A stretch of 64,000 nt of DNA from the human T2T-CHM13v2.0 reference genome, Homo sapiens. Of the stretch, positions 32,012-48,050 are shown in pieces. The DNA lies in NCBI RefSeq assembly GCF_009914755.1, contig NC_060931.1; one strand, written 5' to 3'. Position 1 is the first letter of the stretch; the number at the start of each line of letters is the position of its first letter. A model generated the notes under the pieces. That model ran no database searches and was not told where the DNA came from. It saw only the letters and a program-made list of their open reading frames with translations. A program made the translations under genes and the position numbers.

Positions 32012-32180
32012 TTAACATATCTCTAAGAAGTATCCATTTGTGTATATGGAGATCAAAACATTTCTGCTTCTGTCATGTATTTTCTGATTAAATTTAGGTA
32101 AGTTACCTAACATCTCAAGACTAGTTTCCTATCTCTGCAACAGAGATAACTCTTTTTTCTACAAATAACAGAAAATTCAA
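32012..32180 (+). repeat. Direct repeat copy B (partner at 29193-29357)
   Basis: Shares ttaacata...gatcaaaacatttctgcttctgtcatgta...ctacaaataacagaaaattcaa with copy A. Confidence 0.92.
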
Positions 32181-35100
32181 AAAATTAAGTGAAATAATTT
32201 GGGGAATAATTTTGGCAGCTTGGAATATGAGCCTGATGATCACTGTATTTGGACTTTTCATCCACCTGATACTTAATGTTGTTATTCTAGAAACTTGGGA
32301 AGAGAAGTCAGGGATTAAATTTTACAAGTCTGTCTTTGAGATTGAAATCCATAGAGACAACCTATTAGAATACTGAAATAAACTCAAATAAAAGTAAGAC
32401 TACACTGATCCTTTAGAAAAATGAAGATATGTTCACGGCCTTCAAAATGCAGTTTCTCCAGTGCCTGGCGTCTGATCTCAGCAAGGAGAGAGTAAACCAA
32501 TGTGTGACCAGGGTGTCTTTTTAAACCATATAAACTCCTCCATTTATTTCCTGTGACCACATAATAACAACAAAACAGAATGTAAGTGAAATTTTGGGTT
32601 AGTTCTTTACAGAAGGCTAAAAAATATTTTGAGTGTTTTTCAAGGAATTAAACGAATCCAGCAGATTAATTTGGACCAATAAAGGATTGAGTCTTTAAAG
32701 CCAATTCTCTCTGCAAAACTTCAATAGCAAAGCCAGCGTAGCGGAAAAATTGCAAACAAAAATATTTTCAACTGAAAATATGAAAACAGATTCAGTCTCC
32801 TTTAAGTGACCTATAAAGTACTTAGCCTCATCACTGGCATGTAGAACAAGTCAATGTACTTGTTTAAAATTTTTAAATACTTGTGCAGTTATAACCAATA
32901 AGAACCAAACAAGCAGCTCTCTAGCATGGGAAACACCAGGTCATAATATCAATATTTAAAGTATATTCCAATTTGCCAACTAATTTATGGACATTATCCC
33001 ATCGTCTTAGAATCAGAAAACTCTGTTACCACATTTTTCAAAGAAAATACAAGAAACCCTCTACTGGAAGTATGCCAATTCTCAAGTATCATGTGACCAT
33101 TTAGAAGAATACATATTGATTGGAAGGTGACTAAGCTGAAATTTAGTTTAGTGAATTATAAATATTCAGTGCCCCTGATAGATATTATGTTTCTTTAAAA
33201 AGAAATATGTTATTTTCATAAAACTTTCAAACATTGCTTAATTTGAAAACCATCTATCTTCATTTGGCCACTGCCTTTCCCAAATCTCTAACAAGACTAT
33301 GAATTAGTAACTTCAAGACAGTACAACTCACCATTAAATTTCCTATATCTGAGAAAGAGCTCTTCATTAAAACTCTGCTTCCAAAATGAGATTCAATCAT
33401 GGCAAATGCAAAACAGTCCACATATGACAGGAAAATCACAAATGCAAATATAAACTAACTAAATTGTAGCTTACTGTCAATTATACTTTTAGAATAGTTA
33501 TTGGAAAAGTCAAGCTTTTTCTTCAATTAAATGATGTATATAGGGAGCCAAATGAGAGCCTGAATCCAGGATTTCAGAATGAAACAAGTTCTAGATAAAT
33601 TCAAATCTCATTGCAGAATCATTTAGCCAACAGCCCATATGGCCAGCTGCACCTTTATGAATGTGACAAAGGCAGAGTGGTTTGAAACAGCTCAGCAAAA
33701 AAAAAATATAAAGCCCTTGGACATTCAATGAGGATAAATTATAGCTTATAAATTATGTATTTATCTAAGAAGTGAAATTCAAAAAGAATTGCTTAAAAGT
33801 TATATTCATACCATATATGCATTCTGAGGTAGCTGTTGTAAGAAAGTGCAATTTTAACAATGAAATGTTTCTTGTAAAGTATTATTTTCAGAGAAATTAA
33901 TCTTAATTAAATCAATATGTGTGGAGGGGGTTTGATTGGTTTTTTTTTTTTTTGGTTTTTTTGTTTTGGCTAAGAAGAGTTTCAGTATATTTGACTACCT
34001 TTTATTGCCCTAGTTTGCCCTGGAAATTTGAAAGAAAAGACCATAGAAAAGGAATACCCAAATGCTGGCTATTATGGTGAAGATATTTGCAATATAAAAG
34101 AATTCTTATTGTTGCACTAGAATAAGAAGTATTGGGGCATATTAAAATATCATTTTCATAATGGCTTGTAACAGTATAGACAAAAAGCAAGGGACATCTG
34201 TCATGAAAAAGATTACCCCAATAGTCAGTATACATTTCAAGATTTTTAGTCACATTACATCATTATTAATAATTTGGCATGTATATATCATCTGGATGGT
34301 TATTTATATGCCATTGTTTCCCCTCATTTGCTCAAGTGTCTTTAACTCAGCAAGTTTATTTAATGAAACACATTCATAATAAAACATTAACGGAAACAGA
34401 ATTTTTGAAAAACGGAAAACTGAGATTGATTGAACTTTTATTTTAACTAAGAAGCAGAATTCCGTATAGGTCTACAGTATTTGAAAACTCAGTAGATCCT
34501 TTTAAATGTAAACACTTAATATATATAACTAATCTCAGAGAGGTAACTTAGGACATTAAGTTATAAACTATGCAGATCGCACTTATTTTTCATTCACCTC
34601 ATAGTCATGATACTGGTCTAGGGCTTGGATTGGAGCCGAAGTTTCTTCACCTGTATCTAGAAGCGGGAATGCCTTCAGGAGGCTAGAGGGCAAGACAAAT
34701 ACTATTTGCTGGGCAAAGTCAGGGTTTATTAAGAAGAAAAGCCAAGACAAAAAACCACAGGCAAAATTGCTATGTAGGACATAAAACTAGAATTTTAGAA
34801 GAGATATGGATAGGACCAATATTGCTGCATTTTGGACAGCAGTGATGTGTAGAAGATGGGTGGGGAAGTAATGAAGCTGGCAGGAGAAAGTGACAGGTGG
34901 CATCGACATTTGCTTTCAATAGCTAGTGGATGTACATTTCATGGAAGACCCTGAGGGGATCTCTAAAAGCCATGATTGGTGTAAACAGTGGGTAGTAAGT
35001 CCAGTTCTTTCATTTTTGAAATTTTCCATACTATCACAATCTTATATTTAGCCTTTTTTTGAAAATATTTCTATATAGAATGGTTATTTTCTTGCTGTGG

Positions 35101-36123
35101 TAAGCACAATATGAGGACAGATATTTAATAATATTAATAGCTAACATTTTTTGAGTGGTTAGTATCACCCAACCAGGAACTTAGCACTTTGAGCACCATA
35201 TCTTATTCTACAAAGTAGTGGTCTATTTACATTTTACTTCTGATGTAACTGAAGTTCAGCAAGGTTGTATTATTACCTGCTTGTAATCATAATAGAGGGA
35301 TGATGCTCACTTTAACATGATAATTATGCCCTCTGCTGGTAGTTAATAGCTTTTACATCATCTACTTTTTGAAATGATGCTTGTAAACAAGAGCCCAGGA
35401 CGATGTCATCATGTGAATTAATTATGCACTACTTTTATAACTCTGGTTTGCTATTCATAAGGTCAACATTGTATCAAGAAGGCCATGAAAACAGGATATA
35501 TTTCAGGGGAAGGAAGATTTTTATTAAAAAGTTATATTCCAGGAACTGATTTTCAAGTCTGGAAAGGAAATTGCCTTTAGTAGGGATAGGATATGGGGAG
35601 GGGAAATTTTATTAAAGTGTCTTGAAATTATTATAAGTCAAACAGTGTGCCGGGGAAAGAGCTATCTTTGAGACTGGATATTTGTGGCAGTAATAGGAAA
35701 TAAGTATCTGTCTTCAGGATGCAGCATTTAGCATTAGGAAAAAATAAAAGACAAAAACAAAACATCAATAACCAAAGCAAAACATACTTGCAATCAGATT
35801 TTTTTTTTTCAAAATTGAGCAAGAGTGAGAATGGAATGGTGCCAAGGGAGCAATTTTTCTCAGGATGTAATTGGAAGACCTAGCCATCATTCATATCTTC
35901 AGATTTGCATTGCTCCAGTTTCATCTGAAGAGCACCAGATTCAAAAAGTAGTCTCTGATTTTCTTCCTTAGAGGAAAAGCTAGTGTAAGGCTCTACCCAT
36001 GATACAGAAGCTGGCAGAAGTTGAGACTTCTCGGTGCTGTATGTTCCCATTTGCAAGATCATCTGGAGGAAGTATTCAGGACCATCTACAAGGAAAAGCT
36101 AAGACTTGTCTTACTTAGAAAAC

Positions 36124-37033
36124 ATGGCCTTGTCTTTTTCAGCTATTCTTCATATTATCATGATGTCAGCAGAATTCTTCACAGGGATCACAGTAAATGG
36201 ATTTCTTATCATTGTTAACTGTAATGAATTGATCAAACATAGAAAGCTAATGCCAATTCAAATCCTCTTAATGTGCATAGGGATGTCTAGATTTGGTCTG
36301 CAGATGGTGTTAATGGTACAAAGTTTTTTCTCTGTGTTCTTTCCACTCCTTTACGTCAAAATAATTTATGGTGCAGCAATGATGTTCCTTTGGATGTTTT
36401 TTAGCTCTATCAGCCTATGGTTTGCCACTTGCCTTTCTGTATTTTACTGCCTCAAGATTTCAGGCTTCACTCAGTCCTGTTTTCTTTGGTTGAAATTCAG
36501 GATCCCAAAGTTAATACCTTGGCTGCTTCTGGGAAGCGTTCTGGCCTCTGTGAGCATTGCATCTGTGTGTCGAGGTAGATTACGCTAAAAATGTGGAAGA
36601 GGATGCCCTCAGAAACACCACACTAAAAAAGAGTAAAACAAAGGTAAAGAAAATTAGTGAAGTGCTTCTTGTCAACTTGGCATTAATATTTCCTCTAGCC
36701 ATATTTGTGATGTGCACTTCTATGTTACTCATCTCTCTTTACAAGCACACTCATCGGATGCAACATGGATCTCATGGCTTTAGAAATGCCAACACAGAAG
36801 CCCATATAAATGCATTAAAAACAGTGATAACATTCTTTTGCTTCTTTATTTCTTATTTTGCTGCCTTCATGACAAATATGACATTTAGTTTACCTTACAG
36901 AAGTCACCAGTTCTTTATGCTGAAGGACATAATGGCAGCATATCCCTCTGGCCACTCGGTTATAATAATCTTGAGTAATTCTAAGTTCCAACAATCATTT
37001 AGAAGAATTCTCTGCCTCAGAAAGAAACTATGA
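36124..37033 (+). pseudogene. TAS2R2: Bitter taste receptor TAS2R2, frameshifted (TAS2R2P) allele
   Basis: Two overlapping ORFs together give a 7TM TAS2R: TM1 VNGFLIIVN, TM2 MSRF, FYCLKI, FLWLKFRI, ECL2 glycosite NTT, LLISLYKH, TEAHINALK, YPSGHSVIIILSNSK. ATG to TGA is 910 nt, 2 nt short of a 303-aa ORF. The break is at about 36570/36571. Confidence 0.95.
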
Positions 37034-37284
37034 AGAAGAAGAACAATGTGAACTATTTCTTTCCTTGATTTAGATTCAGTGGACTTACTTGGGTTTTGTA
37101 TGCTGACTCACCCTCTCTCTGGTAATTTTCTGCCAGTGTCTGACCCCCAGGACAAGTGAGGCACTAATTTTGATGTTGGATGGGTGGGATATGTCTTTTT
37201 TTCACGACTTATATGCTTAAAACTACTGCGATGGTAATACATTTAAGTAACAATACTTGCACTGGAGTATAGTTACATTTTAGA

Positions 37285-37290
37285 AATAAA
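37285..37290 (+). terminator. Candidate polyadenylation signal for TAS2R2 (second AATAAA at 37412-37417)
   Basis: AATAAA about 250 nt after the stop; motif only. Confidence 0.3.
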
Positions 37291-37951
37291 AAAAATACTA
37301 AGACTTCATCTGGCTGACCAAGGTAGTTCTTTTAATCTCTCTACCCAAGTCATTGGGAAGCACCTGCTTTAAACAAGAAAAAGTATCTTGATTTAGTTCA
37401 AGAATTGAAACAATAAAATAATTTGGCTTTAAGGACATTTAAGTATTTTTCAAAGAGATTCAAATTTTATGTTGAAACTGTCTGTCATAGCAATGTCCCC
37501 AGCAATACTGGTTATGGTCTTACATTGCTTTTGATTTCAGATTGGTAGATCATAAGATGCAAATTGAGTTGGCATGCATATGCATACATAAACACAATCC
37601 AAAGTCTCAATTTTTTTACAAAACAGAAATATTTTTCAACTCTCAGGAGTACTAAACTCACTCCCAGAGAGAATGTTGAGGAGGTTGCTGACAGCCAAAT
37701 CCCAGTGAACAAATGTTCAACAACAGGTATCTTAACTTCTTTCCAACTAAGAATTTTGTCTGGAGTATGACAGCATCAAATGCCTTGAAGTCAAAAGTAA
37801 AACAGGTCTCTGTTTACTCTTGAAAGCTCTTGCTAGATGTGAACTGATTCTGCTCTTTAAGGATCTTGAATAGTCTTACTTTAGGAAAGAAAAATGTGTT
37901 TTGCAGTATCTGACATCACTTAGGATATCTGTTTAAATCTACAAAATCCAC

Positions 37952-38238
37952 ACTGGTGCGGTGGCTCATGCCTATAATCCCAGCACTTTGGGAGGCCGAG
38001 GTGGGTGGATAACTTGAGCCCAGGAGTTTGAAACCAGCCTGGGTCACATGGCAAAAAACCATCTCTACAAAAAATACAAAAACTAGCCAGACATGGTGGC
38101 ACATGCCTGTAATCCCAGCTACTTGGGGACTGAGGTGAGAGAATTGCTTGATCCCAGGAGGTTGGAGTGAGCCGAGATTGTGCTATTGCACTCTAGCCTG
38201 GGCGGCAGAGCAAGACCCTGTCAAATAAGTAAGTAAAT
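37952..38238 (+). mobile_element. AluJ
   Basis: Dimeric Alu; TSD aaatctacaaaatcc / aaatctataaaatcc. Confidence 0.92.
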
Positions 38239-38439
38239 AAATCTATAAAATCCTTATTGGCTTTTGAAGATAAAGGATATGTAGTGTTTTAATTGTAAAT
38301 AAATTGCTATTAAAGTAGATTAAAAGTTGCTGGGATGAGGAAAAAAACTAAATATGTGTAGGAATGTGTGCAATGATTTGCTAACAGATAAAATAAAATT
38401 TAGAATCTGTATTAGCAATTCCCTGACTATACTCTGAGG

Positions 38440-38625
38440 GAGAGGTTCTCAAAGTTGACCAGACATCGGAATCCCCTGGAAGGCTTGTGAAAACACTGAT
38501 TGCTGGGCCCTACCTCCAAAATTTCTGACTCAGCAGGTTTGAGATAGGGCCTAAGGATTAGCATTTCTTATGAGTTTCCAATGATACTCATGCTCTTGGT
38601 CTGGGGCCACACTTTGAGAACCGAT
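38440..38625. mobile_element. MER5A hAT-Charlie MITE
   Basis: Inverted ends ggttctcaaagt...actttgagaacc with typical interior (gattgctgggcc, tgactcagcaggt). Confidence 0.85.
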
Positions 38626-38629
38626 TTAG

Positions 38630-38860
38630 TCACTGTACTACAGAGATTAAGAACCTGGCCTCAGGCCAAACTGGATGGGTTTGCCTCCTGACCCAGCTGC
38701 TTATTAGATGTATAATCTTGGGCAAGCTGTTAGACTATCTTTCTACATTTCTTCATCTGTAAAATGAGATAATAAAAGTAACTACTCCCAAAGATTGCTG
38801 TGAGATTTTGCTGGCAAGTATAAAATACCTAGAACAGTGCCTGGTCCACAGCAAAGATCA
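38630..38860 (+). mobile_element. MIR SINE
   Basis: cttgggcaag...ttcttcatctgtaaaatgagataata...agaacagtgcctgg. Confidence 0.75.
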
Positions 38861-40959
38861 GTTAAGACCAAATATTGTTCTATGTCAAGAAAAATGTTCA
38901 ATTGCCACTATCAGGAAGGCACGAAGATTATTTCTTAAACTTTCCTAGTGTTTGAAATTGGACAAATAAAACTGAAATTCTACATTAGTACTTGAGAAAA
39001 AGAGGTGCAGTCTACTTCAGTTTAGAATGGTAAATAGGGTTAGCATTGGATGAGTCATAAAAGAGAATAAATGAGCATTTTGGAATGCTGTAAAAGGCAA
39101 CAGGCTAAATAAGGTAGTGAAACAGGAATTATAAACCACTGGAGGATGACAAATAGACTATAAGCATCTTAGGGTGGGAGTGGAGGAAGGGACCAAGAGG
39201 CTGAAAGGTGAGGTAAAAGTGAGGAGAGAAGGCAATATTGACCATTTTGCCTGGGTCCTTTGGAAAAGCTGCTGATGGTGGGATCCACACTGGTCTCAGC
39301 TGTGGTGCACTGTGGTGTACATGGTGCATGATGGATGCTTGACCTGGTAAGTAAATATGGAACAAGATAATTCCTTCTCTGAAGTATCACTCCCACTTAG
39401 TCAAGGGAGCATATTTTAATCTCTGTGACTTGAACATAGATAATTGAAGAAGGAGGTGTCTAACCATAATAAATTTAAGAGGCTCCTTAGAAAAAAGGGA
39501 GAGAAAAAACACAAATTAACAAGCAAGCTCTGAACATCAGAAGTGCTGACACAGACAACCTCAGACTTGACAAGCAGCCAAATTTATTATAGGCACAATA
39601 TGATAGCATCGTACATTATTAGGTGTATTTTACTCATGCATAGCCCTACTTTGTAAACAAATCTACTGTGAATTGACCTCTATTTCCCTACAGCAATAAC
39701 TGATCATCTGTTTAGAAATACATATTCTAGAATTTATTGAGGTTCTGTGGTGCAATAAGCATGACTGTCCTAAAATGACATTGAGAGCTCACCTTTGGCT
39801 GCCTCATCACTGAGAAAATTAGAATTTGGGGCTGCTACCTCCTCCTAGTGGTAAGGCTGCTTTCAAACTCAACCTACCACTGAACTGTTAGCCCTTTCCC
39901 TTGAAAAAGAGGAATGCAACTTCACACAGGTCCCCAAAGTCACCAGGTACCGATAGACAACTTTTCCCAAACAACACCTCCACGCACAGTTGATATCCAA
40001 ACTCAGTAAAGATGGTGCCCAGATAACCTGTTAGTCAGTCTGTTCTGCCCGTCTTCTCCCATTGATAAAATTGCTCTCAGGCTTGCTCTGTGGTAAAGGA
40101 GAATGTCAAGAGGAGGAATTCTTACCACCCAAAATGTTCACCCACCATGTGTCCAACAGAGTGTCCTGGGCCTGGTCATTCATCCGGGGGATATTAAAAG
40201 GATTAGACCACACAAACACACTCATTTTTTTTCCTCATCTTACGCTGTAAATTTGTTACTCATGAAAGTCTATTCCCTATCCCACACTGTGTGACATGTG
40301 AGATGGTGGCCACAAAGTGGCTGTTTTGCACAGCTCTTTTAAGGATTAAATTCAGGCATGTCTAATCTCCAATGTCCAGTCTTAAAGCACCTCACCTTCC
40401 CAATAGGTTTCCAAAGGGTGCCAGCTCATTTCCCACTGCCAGTCGTCTTATTGTGCTGATATGTAATTAATATGGCTTTATGAACCTGAATTTATGTAAA
40501 TATGTTATTTTACTATCCTCTCACCTTTCTTAAGCTTCAATTCTTACCTAGTTGTGTTGGTTATTTCCAGTTTGGAAATCCCCTTTGAAAGAGAAAGAGA
40601 CAAAATAGGAGTTAGACTGTTTAGCTACATTATGGCATTAGTTGATATTACTTATTCTTTCCAAGTAAAGAAAGTCTCTTGTTTTTATTTTCTTTTTCGG
40701 AACACTATTTAAAGCCTATTTTACTTCTTTTTTAACTTATAGAATATTTCAAGTTGCAATTATCTGTTCTATGAAAAAATTATTACCACAGTAAATTTTA
40801 AGTTATTCCATTTATACAAACATATGTAATTCAAATAACTTACTTAAAAGCGTTCATGTTCCTTAATGCCTAGAAATACAGAAATCAGAGTGTTGAGGTT
40901 TTCATTTGCCACAACTTGTTGCGTTCCCAAATTTGTGGAGCTGAGAAACTCAAAAAAAA

Positions 40960-41254
40960 TTTTTTTTTTTTTTGAGACGGAGTCTCACTCTTTCGCCCAA
41001 GCCAGACTGCAGTGGCGTGATCTCGGCTCACTGCAAGCTCTGCCTCCCGGGTTCACGCCATTCTCTTGCCTCAGCCTCCAGAGTAGGTGCAACTACAGGT
41101 GCCCGCCACCACACCTGGCTAATTTTTTGTATTTTTAGTAGAGACGGGGTTTCACCGTGTTAGCCAGGATGGTCTCGATCTCCTGACCTCGTGATCCGCC
41201 GCCCTCGGCCTCCCAAAGTGCTGGGAATACAGGCGTGAGCCACCTCGTCTGGCT
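40960..41254 (-). mobile_element. AluY
   Basis: Y diagnostics (gcaagctc, ttcacgccattctc, ccgtgttagccaggatggtctcgatc); TSD gagaaactcaaaa. Confidence 0.95.
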
Positions 41255-42020
41255 GAGAAACTCAAAATTTCTAACTCTAAATTTCTAATTTGGAAATTCA
41301 GAAATATACATTCAGAATTACCTACCTGAGAGGAGACTTTTGGATGGTTCTACATATAATTGAAGTCAGTTGGCTACAAAATAATGTTTACATATTAGAA
41401 AATTCCAAGAATGCATTCATGAGAGCATTAAAGAAAATTCCAGAATGTTGCTTATGCTGTTCGTCCATCCAAACTCCTTTCCCTTCTTCTCCCCTTTTAT
41501 TAAGTACTCTACTGTCATCTAAGGGTTAGTAATGATCTCAGATGCTCTAAGAAATCTTTGGAGACATTCTCAAGCTTCAGAGACCTTCCTCTCACTAATT
41601 TCTCATGAGAGTAACCGTCAGGACAAATCACTTGGCATTTAGCACCTTATCTCGTGATGTATTCTTATAGGTTTGTATCTTTTCTAGCCAATTACTTATA
41701 ATTTACTTGAAATCTGGAGTCATAATCTATTTTTGTACCCTAAACAACTAATAACAGTGAACTAAACATAAGTAGGTATTTGTATATATGCTTTTGATAA
41801 AGAACCATATGTATCTCTATGCAAAAAACAATGAGGCATAAATCAGATAGCATAAAGATAGGTTAATTCTATTTCCAAAACTATAAGAGATTTAGTCAAT
41901 TCAACTTTACTGCCGTTTTCATTAGAAATAAAAACACCTTAAAATTGAACATCAGGGAAAATAATACAGAAAAAATTTTGGCTTCTTAGTTTATAAACTA
42001 GGACAAAATTATAAGTAATT

Positions 42021-42040
42021 TACTGCCACCTGGTGGCAAA
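42021..42040 (-). promoter_or_regulatory. CTCF core motif (near-palindromic)
   Basis: Minus strand reads ttgCCACCAGGTGGCAGta, which matches the CTCF core consensus. Confidence 0.65.
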
Positions 42041-43148
42041 CTTTCACTTTAAATAAAATGAACAGTTAAAAGAAAGACTCCAGCCATTGTGGATCTTTGT
42101 CTAGGAAATTTTATATTCCGTTAGAAAAATATTAGAAGAGAAGTTAATACCCAAGTCATAGGAGATTTTGGACCAAAGAAGAGTAAGTAACTAGCCCGAA
42201 TCAAATAAACTGTAAAGAAAAAAATCAAAATTATTTATGGCGGGGGGAGGAGCCAAGATGGCCGAATAGGAACAGCTCCGGTCTACAGCTCCCAGCCTGA
42301 GCGACGCAGAAGACGGGTGATTTCTGCATTTCCATCTAAGGTACCGGGTTCATCTCACTAGAGAGTGCCAGACAGTGGGCACAGGTCAGTGAGTGCGCAC
42401 ACCGTGCGCGAGCAGAAGCAGGGCGAGGCATTGCCTCACTCGGGAAGCGCAAGGGGTCAGGGAGTTCCCTTTCCTAATCAAAGAAAGGGGTGACGGACGG
42501 CACCTGGAGAATCGGGTCACTCCCACTCGAATACTGCGCTTTTCCCACGGGCTTAAAAAACGGTGCACCATGAGATTATACCCTGCACCCGGCTCGGAGG
42601 GTCCTACCCCACGGAGTCTCGCTGATTGCTAGCACAGCAGTCTGAGATCAAACTGCAAGGCGGCAGCGAGGCTGGGGGAGGGGCGCCCACCATTGCCCAG
42701 GCTTGATTAGGTAAACAAAGCAGCTGGGAAGCTCGAACTGGGTGGAGCCCACCACAGCTCAAGGAGGCCTGCCTGCCTCTGTAGGCTCCACCTCTGGGGG
42801 CAGGGCACAGACAAACAAAAAGACAGCAGTAACCTCTGCAGACTTAAATGCCCCTGTCTGACAGCTTTGAAGAGAGCAGTGGTTCTCCCAGCACGCAGCT
42901 GGAGATCTGAGAACGGGCAGACTGCCTCCTCAAGTGGGTCCCTGACCCCTGACCCCTGAGCAGCCTAACTGGGAGGCACCCTCCAGCAGGGGCACACTGA
43001 CACCTCACACTGCAGGGTACTCCAACAGACCTGCAGCTGAGGGTCCTGTCTGTTAGAAGGAAAACTAACAAACAGAAAGGACATCCACACCAAAAACCCA
43101 TCTGTACATCACCATCATCAAAGACCAAAAGCAGATAAAACCACAAAG

Positions 43149-44165
43149 ATGGGGAAAAAACAGAACAGAAAAACTGGAAACTCTAAAAAGCAGAGCGCCT
43201 CTCCTCCTCCAAAGGAACGCAGCTCCTCACCAGCAACGGAACAAAGCTGGATGGAGAATGACTTTGACGAGCTGAGAGAAGAAGGCTTCGGACGATCAAA
43301 TTACTCTGAGCTACGGGTGGACATTCAAACCAAAGGCAAAGAAGTTGAAAACTTTGAAAAAAATTTAGAAGAATGTATAACTAGAATAACCAATACAGAG
43401 AAGTGCTTAAAGGAGCTGATGGAGCTGAAAACCAAGGCTCGAGAACTACGTGAAGAATGCAGAAGCCTCAGGAGCCGATGCGATCAACTGGAAGAAAGGG
43501 TATCAGCAATGGAAGATGAAATCAATGAAATGAAGGGAGAAGGAAAGTTTAGAGAAAAAAGAATAAAAAGAAACGAGCAAAGCCTCCAAGAAATATGGGA
43601 CTATGTGAAAAGACCAAATCTACGTCTGATTGGTGTACCTGAAAGTGACCAGGAGAATGGAACCGAGTTGGAAAACACTCTGCAGGATATTATCCAGGAG
43701 AATTTCCCCAATCTAGCAAGGCAGGCCAACGTTCAGATTCAGGAAATACAGAGAACGCCGCAAAGATACTCCTCGAGAAGAGCAACTCCAAGACACATAA
43801 TTGTCAGATTCACCAAAGTTGAAATGAAGGAAAAAATGTTAAGGGCAGCCAGAGAGAAAGGTCGGGTTACCCTCAAAGGGAAGCCCATCAGACTAACAGA
43901 GGATCTCTCCGCAGAAACCCTACAAGCCAGAAGAGAGTGGGGGCCAATATTCAACATTCTTAAAGAAAAGAATTTTCAACCCAGAATTTCATTTCCAGCC
44001 AAACTAAGCTTCATAAGTGAAGGAGAAATAAAACACTTTACAGACAAGCAAATGCTGAGAGATTTTGTCACCACCAGGCCTGCCCTAAAAGAGCTCCTGA
44101 AGGAAGCGCTAAACATGGAAAGGAACAACCGGTACCAGCCACTGCAAAATCATGCCAAAATGTAA
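43149..44165 (+). CDS. L1 ORF1p, intact 338 aa
   Basis: Uninterrupted MGKKQNRK...QNHAKM with REKG and ARR motifs. Confidence 0.93.
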   Translation: MGKKQNRKTGNSKKQSASPPPKERSSSPATEQSWMENDFDELREEGFGRSNYSELRVDIQTKGKEVENFEKNLEECITRITNTEKCLKELMELKTKARELREECRSLRSRCDQLEERVSAMEDEINEMKGEGKFREKRIKRNEQSLQEIWDYVKRPNLRLIGVPESDQENGTELENTLQDIIQENFPNLARQANVQIQEIQRTPQRYSSRRATPRHIIVRFTKVEMKEKMLRAAREKGRVTLKGKPIRLTEDLSAETLQARREWGPIFNILKEKNFQPRISFPAKLSFISEGEIKHFTDKQMLRDFVTTRPALKELLKEALNMERNNRYQPLQNHAKM

Positions 44166-44228
44166 CAACCATAGAGACTAGGAAGAAACTGCATCAACTA
44201 ACGAGCAAAATCACCAGCTAACATCATA

Positions 44229-48050
<3,822 letters not shown>

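Noticed and set aside
29193-32180. LTR retroelement defined by the 165-bp direct repeats
   Set aside because: No TG...CA termini, PBS, polypurine tract, TSD or internal coding remnants.
42604-42693. L1 ORF0 on the minus strand
   Set aside because: It starts MVGAPPPASLPPCSLISDCC, but a 1-nt deletion near 42608 gives TAG after about 29 codons.
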